DNA of 64,000 bases from Eledone cirrhosa (Eukaryota): NCBI GenBank assembly GCA_964016885.1, contig OZ024740.1:395002001-395066000 (forward strand). The letters are read 5' to 3'. Shown in pieces: positions 38,394 through 52,910 of this stretch. Position numbers and translations under genes: made by a program. Numbering within the stretch: position 1 is the first letter of the stretch; every line of letters begins with the position of its first letter. The notes under the pieces are model-generated. The model worked only from the letters and a program-made list of their open reading frames with translations, did no database searches and was not told the DNA's origin.

Positions 38394-39528
38394 CGATACT
38401 TTTCTGATCACTGAGAGAAACATCTACGGTTTAACGGGAAAGTCTTTACCGCACAAATACTTGTCACAGTATATCTCGAAAACCATGGAACTACACATTG
38501 AAAGTTTCTCTCATAAAAGACTCTTAACCAGAGACAGGCCTGGTTTAAAGAAGACCATCCCTTGCCCGGGCATACAAGTCTCCTCTACTTGCCAAAAATA
38601 TTGTCTAAATAAAGACAAGGCCTGATAAGCTTCATATCGTTGTCATCGCAGACGAAGTCAGAGCGTAAAGAGTCGGAACAAATACCACAAGGTCCGTTTC
38701 TTTAACAATTCCTCCAATATTCCGACTGGTAATTTATTTATTGGCCCCCAAAGGGATGAGAAGCAAAGTTGGCCAGGGTAAACCTTGAGACCTCTGCTCT
38801 CAGAATGCAGAGAGTTGGAACAAATATCACAAGACATTCTATTCAACGTTTAATGACTGTTATTTTGCTTTATATATTGGGTGAATAGAAATAAGACTCT
38901 TTACCTCAAATAAGAACAGCTGAAATCCTTTTAATCGACGTGTTACCCACAAAAAGGGCTCAAGATAAGTTACAAGCAGTTGTAAATAATTCAGGGTTTC
39001 ACCTTTTAAAAAATTATGGCATAGCTTTCTCATGTATATTGTAGTATGGATATTAGAAAGACAAGGCGATAAATTATCAAGCGTGTTAGGGTATCGGTTT
39101 AAACACGTCTCGATATTTGTTCCAGTTCATTGAGCGCTGAGTTTAAATCCCACCGAGGTCGACTTTGTTTTTCATCCTTTAGAGGATAAGGAATAAAGTA
39201 CCCGTCCAGTACTGGGGCCGAAGGTAAGTGTGTGTGAAAGAAATCGACTGTATTCAAACCTGGAGAAGTATGGGTTCCACCAGGTTGACAATGCCCAAGA
39301 CACGCTGTGACTCAAGATGGCGTCTCTACGACTCCATCGAGAGTTAATGTCCTTTACTTATTTTTAATTAGAAAGGTCACCACTCACTGAGACTAGTAGT
39401 CTCCTACCAAGTGCAAATCTAGTTACTGCAAGGTACACATCTACCAAAACATTGTATATTTATAAACGTATTGAGCTCTCATTTTATTTTGAAATATTTA
39501 TACTTAGCTCACACACACACACACACAA

Positions 39529-39578
<50 letters not shown>

Positions 39579-39849
39579 GTGGCTACAATCCATCATACAG
39601 TAACACATTAATCAACAACAATGCATTATTGTATTAATTAGGAATGATAATGCATCAATCAATAGGAGACCTTAAGTACATAATTTACATGAATCTGATA
39701 TGAATATCTTTTGGTATATTATCACGCAGCTTGCTTTTCATTAAATTAATGCAAGCTTTGTTTTGAATTTATAGGCATGTCTATACTTAATACATCTACT
39801 ACTTCCAGAGCACATATCACCAGATTGGCACCCGATTTCTCGATTAGCG

Positions 39850-42690
39850 TAGTAGGACGATCGCTTGAATTGAATCGTAACTCATGTAACTTCAGTTTAT
39901 GAAAGTTATCTGAATATCCGATGGGTAACCCTTCACAAATGTACGAGGTCTTTGACAGAGCAGTAAAGAAAAATCCATATACAAATTCTATTACCATATA
40001 ACATGAATCACCAGTCACGATGAACCATCTACCTAGCACAAGTACTATTGAGCCACCAAACGGGGATTATATAAGAAAAATAGCTAAATGAAATTGTCAT
40101 GTTGGTGCCATTACAAAACTTGGACAGTAGATCAGTGACAGAGTGGGATGATTGTTTGGATGAATTCAGCCTTACCTAGTTCTTTGTATGTGTGTGTCGT
40201 CTTCGTAGATCAACTGGTAAATGGGAGCTGCTTCTGGAGGATGTAGTTTATGCATACAGGAACCAACATAAAGCAATCCACACAGCTCCAAATTATTCGT
40301 AAGAACTTGCTTGAGAAACAGCAATAATTCCCATTTATTTAAATGAATACAGTGTAAAATGTAGCCCCGAACATTAAACAAGTTGTATGACCACGTTTGT
40401 AATGTCTTTGATCATAGATCTACTTAATCAGAACTGACTTGGAGTTAAACAACATAGGAGTACATAAAGATTGGACAATAGAGAGAGTACATATTAAGAC
40501 TGTCACAATCATTAACCATGTTTAACCATCGTTGAAATATGTAAGGTGGAGAATTGGTAACTGATAGTCGCTAGAGTATCGAATATAAAGCCTTTCAACT
40601 GTGACCAACCCACATTTTGGGGTATTTAATATGTGTCTTTCCCCTTTTAAAAAATCGGCGGGGTGTGTTATGTGCAGAGATATGACTGCTTTACTTTGTA
40701 GATTGAGCAACTGAATTGTCATTCCATCGTTAGTTTAACAAGTGAGCTAACCGTAAGTCTACCTATCATACTCTCAGATGATTTGACCCAATACGTAATT
40801 TTTTTATTTTATTTTAAACAAAAAAAAACAAACAATTTAGTCTCTGTTCACCACAAGATACAATGTATGTGTTGTTGTTGTTTAGCCCCAGGTCGTTCCT
40901 GATCGAGTAAACTTATGATCAAAAGTTATCCTAGCCGTGTCAAACTTTTTTTAACTTTAGGAAAATACGATATGTATGAATTTGGCTGCTACTTCTAGTA
41001 GGTTGAGTGACCATGTAGAACTTCATCACTGACTTGCCTACATGTCATCAGTGACCCAACAAAGGAATCTTTTAATCAGTCACTTCACCTCCTCCTAGAA
41101 ATAGCGGGCAATTCTCTACCAAATTATACTCTACAGTCTTTGAAAAAAAAAAAAAAAGACATTTGATAATGTAGTTTTAGATACACTTTAAAAAGAGAAA
41201 AAAATGGTCACGACTGGGATGTCTTTGATCGTATGTATGCTCGATTAAAGCTGATCTAAACAATAATTCTTAGTAACTTACAAAGAAAAGTAGAAATAAT
41301 TTCAAGAAATTAAATTTAATTTTACAATCAAAGTAGTTGCAACACTGACAACGAAGTTAATGTCATTGTTCGGCACTCGTCTTACTAAAGAATCAGGTGA
41401 TGTTCGTGAGAGCGTTTGATTATTTCAGCGCATTGTTCTCAATATCACTTGTGGTAATGTCGTGCACGTCTTTAGTTTTAGAGGAAAACACCAACATTAC
41501 TCGATGTAGTGTGTAATTAAGTCTGTACGTCTGCTCCCAATTTGGCTCCCTTTTGGGCTCATTTTTTATTGAATTATTCATTATATAATTTAATTGGAAT
41601 AAAGTTTTCTTTGTATCATAACTATCTCACAAACTGAATTTATATGCTCAGACGAAAATCTGGACTTCTTTATTGCAGTGCAATCGTAACAATACAACTG
41701 AGACCAAATTAACACTCTACAAATCGGAGAAAGGACCTATATGTAGTCACTCGGCCTGCTTAAAATAGCAACAAAATCTCCTTCAAGCCAAACCCTACAA
41801 TCTTAAAAACACATGGAATATTGTAGTTCAAAGTACACTGGTGAATAAAAGACAGAATGGTCAAGGCTGAGACTCATTTCACAATCGCCTGAGCTCATCT
41901 GGGTGTAAAAAACAACTTAACACTCTATGAGCAAGTAAGTGCACTGAGCCACGACATGGTCATTTGATTTGTAAAAATAGCATCCAAATCACCCTCAAAC
42001 TTCATTGTCTTCTTAGGAACGGAAAAGGTACATTGGATAAATATAGCACAACATACCTCTAAAAAGATGAGGTAGTTATAGTTAGGTTTGCTCAATAGAA
42101 GTTAACATGGGGCTAAATAACAACAATTTGACTATATATTCTTTTAAATAAAGTGTTTGATGTTTTAGCGATGATTTGCAAAACAGACAACTCCACTAAA
42201 TTCATCCAATATTCAGATTGTGCTTTTTAGACGATAAGTGTAGTTGTATGAGAACATAATCGGTTTGCGTCAGGTGAAACTAGTTAGAATATAAAATGGC
42301 TAAAGTCAGAGAGGAGTTTTCAGAATTCTACTTCACTTGGTTGCATTTAAAACATGGTTTACATTGTAAAAAGAACTACGTTGGCATAATGAAAACAATC
42401 TCAACTACATTATGACGATTTATAAGGTTATAATATTTATTTTAATGTGAGTTTACTGTAAACATGACGTTGAGTACTGCCATCTGATCTGAACTTGAAA
42501 GGGCTTTTTAAGAAAGATCAATAAATCAATAAAATCGATGTTATCAAAGTAGATAAATGTAAAATTCAATATTACAACATACTCATTGTATAGCATTGCA
42601 TACAGTGTTGTAGTAGCACCGATAACAAATCTGGACACTTTACATGGAGACCTATCTTATCAGCAATCATTCTACCATAAAATGAGTGTG
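39850..42690 (-). pseudogene. Possible decayed ionotropic-receptor-like exons (S1 ~42460-42690, M1 ~40176-40311, M3 ~39850-40075)
   Basis: FVIGATTT...VVILNFTFIYFD...LLIFLKKP; FLRIIWSCVDCFMLVPVCINYILQKQLP with a GTAAGG donor; STCAR*MVHRDW*FML. Resemblance and order judged by eye only. Confidence 0.3.
41369..41476 (+). mobile_element. CRE-clade non-LTR retrotransposon C-terminal remnant
   Basis: FGTRLTKESGDVRESV*LFQRIVLNITCGNVVHVFS fits the GD-x-RE...LFQR...GN terminal motif. Confidence 0.55.
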
Positions 42691-43296
42691 GTGCTTAATT
42701 TTCAAATATACGAACTGATGTAGATACAGTATGTTACTTATGTGTATTATACAATGCAAAATCAATAAAGAGAGCTTTTATGAGGTTACTTAGTCTGCTA
42801 GAAATAGCAATCAAAAGTCATGAAAATATACCCTGCTGTTAGAAAAAACGGATACAATAGATAATGTCCTAGAAACCTCTTAAAAATGCGGAATGGTCAA
42901 GGGTGAAATCATTGGGTTTAGGAAAGTGATGTATTTTGACAAAGGTCAAAACAAAAGGAAAGAGATACATATCCAAAACCGAAACGTAAATCTTTGAAGA
43001 AAATGTTCAGTTTGAAAGACAAAAATGATAAAGTTTTCTTTTTCAATCTTAAAGCGCCAGCTAGATTTTCTGATAATTTGCAGAATTCGTATTTGACTGA
43101 GGTAACAAATTAATTTGTTCCATAGGCAAAAGGCTACAATTTTTTAGGGAGAGGGGCTGAGCTCCGGCCGTTTCGGCAACTAGATCCGAACTGAGTTCGG
43201 ATCTAGCTGCATGGTCGGGATTTTACCACCTCACCCACCCTCTCTCTCGAGTAGAATCGAAGTCAGTATTGCAGCATATGTACAAACTTATATTGG

Positions 43297-43384
43297 CATA
43301 TTATAATTGTTTCGATATCAATCAGCCCATGGGTACAAGCAAAACTACGGAGCTCGGCTCTTCCTCGACATCTCATCAGATATG
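43297..43384 (-). ncRNA. Type I hammerhead motif
   Basis: Minus strand catat-CTGATGA-gatgtc...gatatc-GAAA-caatta-TA^-atatg; 5-bp stem I and 6-bp stem II base. Confidence 0.75.
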
Positions 43385-43565
43385 TAGGCTTATATGTGCA
43401 ACAACACATCTAAACTATTTACACTCTGCACACAATAGCAGCCTTAACTCTGGAATACAACCCAACACGAGACGGACTTCGTAACAGCATTGAATACTTC
43501 GAATGGCGAGCCGCCTGTAACTGTAGTTACCCACCGAACTAATACCCACACACTCACACAGAAAC

Positions 43566-43688
<123 letters not shown>

Positions 43689-43813
43689 CATATATACATA
43701 TATATATATACATATATATACATATATATACATATATATATATACATATATATATATACATATATATATATACATATATATATATACATATATATATATA
43801 TACATATATATAC

Positions 43814-43846
<33 letters not shown>

Positions 43847-43929
43847 CATATATATACATATATATATACATATATATATATACATATATATATATACGTA
43901 TATATATGTATATATATATATGTATTTAT

Positions 43930-43960
<31 letters not shown>

Positions 43961-44010
43961 AATGTTCTAAATGACTAGGATTCTAGTTACATGTTTTCGA
44001 CATTCCTTAT

Positions 44011-44055
44011 GCTCCGATGATTCCAGACTTCCATATGGAAGAAACAATTGTTAGC
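44011..44055 (+). ncRNA. Hammerhead motif with mutated core (U4->C)
   Basis: gct-CCGATGA-ttcca...tggaa-GAAA-caattg-TT^-agc; palindromic ACAATTGT. Confidence 0.55.
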
Positions 44056-44150
44056 TAATAAATGTTCTAAACTAAAATTTGTGAATCCAATTCTCTAACC
44101 ACTCAGCCACATGCCTTCACTGTATATATATATGCATATATATATATACT

Positions 44151-44249
<99 letters not shown>

Positions 44250-44250
44250 G

Positions 44251-44310
<60 letters not shown>

Positions 44311-44448
44311 AGTATATATATATATATGCATTTATATATATGCATATATATATATACATATATATTTATATATATATATATATATATATACAAGTATATA
44401 TATATATATGCATTTATATATATATGCATATATATATACATATATATT

Positions 44449-44507
<59 letters not shown>

Positions 44508-44597
44508 CACACATATATATATGCATATATATATATATATGTATATATATATACATATATACATATACATATATATATGTATATGTATATATATATG

Positions 44598-44643
<46 letters not shown>

Positions 44644-44659
44644 CATATATATATATATG

Positions 44660-44743
<84 letters not shown>

Positions 44744-44744
44744 C

Positions 44745-44827
<83 letters not shown>

Positions 44828-44967
44828 CCTGTTGATAACGTGATATTCCTTATTCGATCATAATACCAAAAGCTTATAGTTTTAAGCAGACAGTATTATT
44901 GATTTATGTGTCATAGAAACCCTGCATTTGGATTTTACCATCAATTCCAATGCGTCCAGATCGTTTA

Positions 44968-45037
<70 letters not shown>

Positions 45038-45267
45038 TATATGATTTTATCATTTATTTTGTTTGACCTGTTTAGCTTGACTTGTTTTTTGGCTTAGGTC
45101 TTTAATGCCTTCTTGAACACTTTTTCAGTTTGTATTGCGTTTTAACACATATGTTTAGCTCTGTTTTTTTAACTATGGAGCGCTTGCCAGCATATCTCTG
45201 ATTTTGCGTTTAGTTTTGCTTTTTATACCCGCCGAAATGCGATTCTCGCTGAATTTATATTTATATA

Positions 45268-45341
<74 letters not shown>

Positions 45342-45550
45342 TATACATATATATATATGTATTATAAAAGTGGATGAATACCTCAACAGGTACTATGTAC
45401 TTGTAGAAATATGCAAGTTGTTTATAATATTTGTGGTTCTATGGTACTAATTCGAGACACCAGAACAATATAAAAAGTAGCGGAGCAAGCGGTTATCAAA
45501 CAATTCTCTAAATAAATTAAAAAACGATTTAAATAATCACCTGTTCTGTT

Positions 45551-45631
45551 GATGTTACCGACGGTTTCATCATTCCAAAAGATTGGAAATCCAGAGAATT
45601 TCCAATGGAAAGAAATGAATCTTCAGACAGC
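45551..45631 (-). ncRNA. Type I hammerhead motif with long stem II
   Basis: Minus strand gctgt-CTGAAGA-t-tcattt...gaatga-t-GAAA-ccgtcgg-TA^-acatc. Confidence 0.7.
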
Positions 45632-45745
45632 CTATTTCCACACCATAAGGTTGCAAGCCCTATAGTAAGTAAATATTTCGCTTCCTGCCCAACGCATAAA
45701 TATATATATATATACATATATACATATACATATATACATATATAC

Positions 45746-45792
<47 letters not shown>

Positions 45793-45926
45793 TACATTAT
45801 TGACCAACCAATCAAATTACTTCTCGAAAAACCTGGCATTTCGAGCCACTTTTTCCATATAAAACAAATAACATTCAGAGACCAACCAGATGTGAGAAAA
45901 ACCACAGACCCTCCATCTCAACTCTA

Positions 45927-45962
45927 CTTTTGAAAAGCAGAAGAACTGCGAAACCGGTAAAG
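45927..45962 (+). ncRNA. Degenerate minimal hammerhead motif
   Basis: ctt-TTGAAAA-gcag-aagaa-ctgc-GAAA-ccgg-TA^-aag. Stems and the ACCGGT palindrome are intact; the core has two changes. Confidence 0.4.
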
Positions 45963-46101
45963 GAACCAAATAAATATATATATATTTTTTAAAAAATAAG
46001 ACTCCAGTTGCATTTTCGATTTCATCTTTTTTTCTTTATACTTTCACTCGTGTAGGACACCTCGGTTATTTTTCATTTTGTAAAAAAAACCTCGGTTTCT
46101 A

Positions 46102-46162
<61 letters not shown>

Positions 46163-46166
<4 letters not shown>

Positions 46167-46817
46167 TATATGAAAATTAGAGTTAAAACTCCAATTGGAA
46201 CCCTGTAACTATTAAGCTCCAAGTATAAAAATACTGAGCCGATTAATAATATATAGTAAGAAACACAGTAAACCGTGTGTCTAAAATTACAAGGGTTGAA
46301 AAACCACATTTGTTTGAAATATTTAACCAAGAAGTAGACAGAATGATAAAATAAAAATATATTATTATACAAACCGCCTCAATAACCATTATATCTCTCG
46401 GACAGATTATCCCTAATCTGTTTCGCCCTGAGTGTGTTTGTAACAGATAATCCTGGGCATCATCAGCGAGAGAATCTGATTAAATGGAACAAACACTATT
46501 TGCCAACGTTCACACAGAAAGATGAATTTGTCACCTCGTGCGCCGCTAGTCAAACGTGGTAAGCGCGTATTGAATAGAAATAACAGTCCAACACACACAA
46601 CTTAATAAGCTCAACTTGTGAGGGAGCAGAAATATATATGAAAATTAGAGTTAAAACTCCAATTGTCCGAGAGATATAATGGTTATTGAGGCGGTTTGTA
46701 TAATAATATATTTTTATTTTATCATTCTGTCTGCTTCTTGGTTAAATATTTCAAACAAATGTGGTTTTTCAACCTTGTAATTTTAGACACACGGTCTACT
46801 GTGTTTCTTACTATATA
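46163..46817. mobile_element. Hammerhead element with an inverted partial copy
   Basis: Inverted arms 46251-46404/46664-46817; ~34-bp direct repeat at 46163 and 46632; (TA)n on both sides. Confidence 0.8.
46395..46472 (-). ncRNA. Canonical type I hammerhead ribozyme with GUC cleavage site
   Basis: Minus strand ctctcg-CTGATGA-t-gccc...gggc-GAAA-cagatta-ggga-taatctg-TC^-cgagag; all three stems perfect. Confidence 0.9.
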
Positions 46818-46837
46818 TCATATATATACATATATAC

Positions 46838-46934
<97 letters not shown>

Positions 46935-47095
46935 AATATATATATATACATATATATATATAAATATATATATATACATATACATATATATATATACATA
47001 TAAATATATATATACAGATATATATATAAACATATATATATATACATATAAATATATATATACAGATATATATATAAACATATATATACATAAAC

Positions 47096-47158
<63 letters not shown>

Positions 47159-47427
47159 AAAGTTGTGGGTTCGAATCCCATGTACGTCAATACTCATCTT
47201 TTTCCATTTCTCCGAGGGTTCTTAACCCCACTATCAGGCTAAATAATTTCTTTAATTTCTTTAGTCAAAATACGGCGATAGCTTACATTTATAATAATTT
47301 CAAACCCGCTCGCTGTTTCGAAATTATTCTTATATATATATACATAAATATATATATATATACATAAACATATTTATATATACATAAACATATTTATATA
47401 TACATATATATATACATACACATACAT

Positions 47428-47841
47428 ATGGTGGCTGCCAACTCGTTTTCGAGTACGGCCACTACTTATATCCATGTAGGAGAACCCCTACCGATGCGCT
47501 GAACGAGTGTGACTTTTTAGTCCAGCCAGCGACTTGAAAACTCTGGTACAAACACGACACTTGTGACAATTATTGACACATAGTGCTTTGCCTTTGGTAC
47601 CATGTGACGACAAGTGCAGAGAGATCTCCATATACAAAGCAATGCCTGTGCCGTGAAGCTTTTATAGTGAGCAAAGGCACTGCACAAAGCCAGTCTCACT
47701 CTCTTAACCAAGATGATATTTACCAAAAAGAAGAACAAGTCAACATCATTGGATAACATCAGGGTTGCAGGTGTTATATCAGAGTTTTCCTTCTCCTAGA
47801 ATTCTGCCTTGACAAAGGCTAAGGGGTCATCTCTCCCAGTG
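47428..47841 (-). mobile_element. Non-autonomous retroposon with RTE-like 3' tail (homolog at 54919-55262)
   Basis: Shared ccttctcctag...gacaaaggcta...ctcccagtg block; 3' end gcagccaYcat matches the tail of the RTE LINE at 48179. Confidence 0.65.
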
Positions 47842-48036
47842 ATTTTGGATGGCCATTGACTCTTAAGAGCTCCTTTGCCCTTTGACAGGTTTTGTTTTTA
47901 GTCCTGCAGGATGTCCAAAGTCACCCTCCTCACCAAGAAACCTTGGTGGGGTTGCCAGTTTAGTCGCCAACGACCCGACCATGAGACAGGTTGTACTGGG
48001 ATACATGTTACCAGTAGCACCAAGTGGTGACCTGAC
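47842..48036 (-). mobile_element. ~190-bp structured repeat (second copy 55338-55530)
   Basis: The two copies align end to end; both have (CATA)n at their minus-strand 5' side. Confidence 0.8.
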
Positions 48037-48081
48037 ACATACACATACATACATACATACATACATACATACATACATACA

Positions 48082-48153
<72 letters not shown>

Positions 48154-48178
48154 TATATATATACATATATATATATAT

Positions 48179-51100
48179 GATGGCTGCAATCTCTGCCAAG
48201 AGTATTGCAATCGCTTGTCAGATTCAGATGTGTGACGCTCGGATATGACTTTTCAAGCCTGCTAACACTGACGACAACTATGGATCTCTCTGGCGTGAGG
48301 TCCTGCACCAACATCAGGTTGCTCCTGAACCCTCACATCACCGTGGAGATCATAGTTCACTGGTTCTCTTCGAACATGACTGCGACTGTGGCTCCTGAGA
48401 CCAGATTTGGTCAAGCAAATTTTTCCACACTCAGGGTACTTCAATTCAATGTAAACACCGATCGTTTCGAGAAATACACCAGGGCATTGCTTACGCACAT
48501 CCCGTTTTATCTTCTCGTGCTCTGTGCATCTGTCCTCAAAATTATGGACCCAATCATCCACCATTCCACGCTAAGTCTCCCTTTCAAGAGCTATCTCCCA
48601 GTCAGCCATCATCAAACCAGTTTTTTTCAATGAGTCCTTTACATAATCCTTGAATCGGAGCCTTGGATTGTGAGGTGGTCTCTTACCCTCACAAAGCTCG
48701 CCATACAAGAGTTGTTTTGGGGATTCGATCATCCTCCATTCTGCAGAGGTGTCCGGTCCATCGCAAACGCCGTTGGTGGATGATACTCTCAATGCTCCGA
48801 CACTCACTTCTCTTAAGGACCTCAACATCACTCACATGCATCTGCCACTTGATACCGAGCATCTTTCTGAGACACTGCTGGTGAAACCGTTCTAGTCGGT
48901 GGATATGCCATTTGTAGGCAACCCATGTCTCACGTGCATACAGCAAAGCTGGCAGTACACATGCAGCATACACTCTCACCTTGGTCCTCATTGTGATTCC
49001 TCGCCTGCACCAAAGACGGTCGTTGAGCTTTCCAAATGACTCACTTGCCTTACTAACACGTAGACCAACTTCTGCATCCAGAGAGCAGGCCACACTCAGA
49101 GTACTCCCCAAATACACAAATGTGTCAGCAGCCTTCAGCTTTTGACCGTATACGTATATGGAGGGTTCATTGAAAACTTTATCCGGTGCAGGTTGGTACA
49201 TGACGACAGTCTTCTTCAGACTGATTGTCAGTCCCAAAGCACTGCACGCATTGGGAGTGTGCAAAGAGATCACAATCATCTGCATATAAAAGTTCTCTGA
49301 TCAAGGTACTCAGTACCTTAGTGTTGGCAGTGAGACGCCTAAGGTTAAACAGCTTGCCGGAACTGAGATAGATACCGTGTTGACAATTCTTGAAGGTCAT
49401 GAAGAACACCCTTGCGAAATACAAGGCAAACAAAGCTGGTGCAGGTATATCACCCTGCTTGACAGCATTTTCAACAGAGATTGGCTCAGGCACTTTACCT
49501 CCAACATTCACCCATACCTGCATGTCATGGTGGATGAGTTTCAGAATGTTCACAAACTTTTCAGGACAGCCCAATCTCTCCAAAATAACCCACAAAGCCT
49601 TCCGATTAACGGTGTCAAATGCCTTGGTCAGATCGACAAAAACTTGCTATAAGTCCATGCGCTGCTCAATGCATTTCTCTTGAAGTCATCTGGCCGAGAA
49701 GATCATGTCAACAGTGCCTCTGCCATTCCTAAAGCCACATTGGGACTCAGGAAGTACCTCAACAGCAATGTGCTGTATCAATCTGTCCAACAAAATCCTG
49801 CTCAAGATCTTCCCAGCCACAGATAGCAGCGAGATACCTCTGTAGTTTCCACAGTCATCTTTGGCTCCCTTTCCTTTGAAAAGTACCACGATCAATGCAT
49901 CTTTCCAGTCCTGTGGCACATCTTCTTCATTCCAAACATTCACAAAGAGATCAGTGGGGCGGTTTAAGAGGTTATCACCAGCACCTTGAAAATCTCGGCA
50001 CTGAGTCCATCCATTCCAGGTGACTTGCCGCTGTTTAATTTGGCAATGGCCTTAGCCACCTCATCAAATGAAGGGGGATCAGCCATTGCCAGCTTTGTAG
50101 GTCTTGATGGAATCGACTGGATGAACTCATCATCAATTTCTGATGGTCTGTTGAGAATCTCATCAAAGTGGTCATGCCACTTGATCAGGATTTCCTTCGA
50201 ATCTCTGAGCAATTCCTTGCCGTCTCTGGAGCGAAGTTATGATATTTGTGAACCGGTCGGAACATACACCTCCCTGAGCAGACTGTTTAGGAGCTTTGTA
50301 TCATGTCTATCTGAGGCCTTCTGGATTTCATCAGCCTTTTGGCTCCACCAGGTATCCTGCATGACTCTCAATCGATGTTGCACACGTGCCTTGATCTGCC
50401 TGAAGGTCCGGTCACTCCTGTCAGAACGTGTCTCACACAACAAGGATGTCAGCACCTTTTGTTTCTCTTCAAGCAAGGTCTGGACCACTGCATCATTTTC
50501 ATCGAACCAGTCTTTATATTGGTATGACCCAAAACTCCAGCACTAACATCATAGACGGTTTTCTTCAATGATTCCCACGTGTTTTCACATTCCATGGACT
50601 CAAGGGACTTCGACAGCTCAGCTCTGACTTTCTCTGTTTTCAGACGAGCCACGTTTAGTTGTTTTGGAAGTGAAACCTTCTTCCCCCTTACTTTGGGCTT
50701 CACAACAAATTGAAACTTGGCGCGCACCAGACGATGATCAGTCCAACATTCCGCGCCTCGCAATACACAATCCAATGTGATATACCTGATATCACGTTTC
50801 CTCGTTAAAAAAAAGTCAATAAGGTGCCACTTCTTGGAACATGGATGCATCCAAGTTGTCTTATATTTGTCTTTCTGCTGAAAGAGCGTGTTCCCAACAA
50901 AAAGATCCATCTCAGTGCACATCTGCAACAGAAGTAGACCATTGTTATTGCACTTACCTACTCCATTCCTGCTCCTCACACGCCAAGCTTCCCAGTCATT
51001 ACCAACACGTGCATTAAAATCACCAAGGATGACAATCTTGTCTGCATAAGGTATACCATGCAAAAACATGTAGAAACTTAGTTTTTCATCCTCACTGGCA

Positions 51101-51600
51101 CACATAGTAGGAGCGTACACACTGACCAGAGTCACAAAGCGGTTTTGAATCAAAGGGACTCTCATGGACATTATCCGATCATTGAATCCACAAGGAAGAT
51201 TTTCCAGCTTTGAGACGATTCCATTCTTGACAGCAAATGCGACCCCTGCCTCTCTCCTACAACCCTCTGCTCCACCACTCCAATAGAAGGTATATCCTCC
51301 CTTCTGTTCTGTGAATTGACCCTCACCTGCCAATCTCGTTTCTGAAAGAGCAACGATATCCATGCTATAGCGATTGAATTCCCTCGACACCAAAGCAGAT
51401 CTTCTTTCAGAGCGATTTTTACTGGACAGGGAATCAAATAAAATTCTTACATTCCAGCAATATTCAAAGGTTTGAACCTCTTTGCAGTTGTAGGATAATG
51501 ACCGGACCCACGCTGCGGTGTCATGGGAACCTGCCGGGCCAGACCCCTTCACAATAAGTTCCAGAGCCCTTACTGCCATTGACTTCAAGGTTATCATGTC
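48179..51600 (-). mobile_element. RTE-clade LINE, near full length, frameshifted
   Basis: APE: WNVR, DIVALSETR, ILGDFNA, TDHRLV. RT: KSPGMDG, NYRGISLL, QCGFR, VKQGD, LLYADD, YLGS. C-terminal RRLRWTGH and a decayed C2H2-like motif. 5' boundary approximate. Confidence 0.95.
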
Positions 51601-51699
51601 ATCATAGAGTTTGGTGCAATTTTAGGCTACGGCCAGCCACACGAACCTCTAACAGATCCTGAACAAGCGATGCAGAATATTTAAAGATAAATTTCGTTA

Positions 51700-52459
51700 C
51701 ATTTTTGTTCTGAGCGGTAAAAAATAACTGAACTTCTCACAAGATTAATTCAAGAATGTGCAGATATAATTTGTCATTGTTTTGATTGTCGATTACAACT
51801 TATTCTAGATGATGCGGAACAAATTTTATGCTATTTTTATCAGGTTTATTAAAAGTCACACTTGCTGCAGAACTATTTTCTGGAATAGTAAAAACTGTGT
51901 GTTTTTGCGGTCCACGATTAACTATCTTTAATCTACTATAGCTGATTACAGGCAGTTCAGGACTTTTAAAAAAGATTGAAAAACAAAGCATTTTTCTAAG
52001 GTTGCTTCTTAATGATCTTCGTTTTGGATGAACTTGCATCATTTTCAAATTCATTACAAGAAAGACCATTGAGTTTAACGGAGTTAAACAAACACATCCA
52101 GCATAAAATCGATTTGTTATATAATTAATTTAGTTTGCATGAAAATAAAATTAATGAACTGGTACAAAGGGATGCTTTCAAATGTTTAGAATTTCAAGAC
52201 AATGAGAATCTATGATATAGAATTAATAGAGTACATAATTATGATATAAAATTAATAGAGTACATAATTAGGCAAATAAAAATAAAATTATTAAATGAAG
52301 AATACATTACGTTTGAAAGGGATTATATAGGTTCTGGTAATAATATGCCAATAATTATTGAATCATTTGATGTTTTTCGCCTCCATTACATAAAACATTG
52401 ATGAAGTCGTAATCCCTTAGAAACTTGAGGAAGAAAAGTTGTACAAATTAAAATAAATC
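51700..52459 (-). pseudogene. Decayed exon-like segment, paralogous to ~61400-62181
   Basis: After ttttag|G it reads FILICTTFLPQVSKGLRLHQCFM*WRRKTSNDSIIIGILLPEP. Colinear diverged homology 52120-52470 vs 61880-62190, including the acceptor-like site. Confidence 0.35.
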
Positions 52460-52910
52460 CTAAAAATTGAAATTTATTTTAATTATTCCTGTGACTATGT
52501 AGGAAATGATATTTGAATGATCTTCCAGATGTAGAATTAATAAGCAAAGCAAATCAAATTATAAGCACTATTGCACTAAGTTCTATATTACAGAAAAAGA
52601 ATTATTTCTTGGCAAATAATCACAATTTTAAAGTGAGGAAAGAGATAAATGTTATCACTACAATTTTCAATGTAGAAACGCCTGACTATTTTGTCACTCA
52701 CCGTTTATATTTCAATTACCAACCGGAATCGATCTAAGCCTTCTTTCATTTGTGAGTTCATAAAATAAATACCTGTTACGTATTTAAGGTCAGACATTTT
52801 GTCAAGTGCTGACGTAAGAAATTAATATAATTAAATATTTTCAATATTCCAAGTTTCGTTGCCAACATGAATTAGACTATTGGTTGTAGCTGTTATATTT
52901 AATTTACATG

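Noticed and set aside
44060-47200. tRNA-like A/B boxes near 44095 and 47165 and in SINE heads
   Set aside because: SINE fragments; no complete cloverleaf, so no tRNA gene called.
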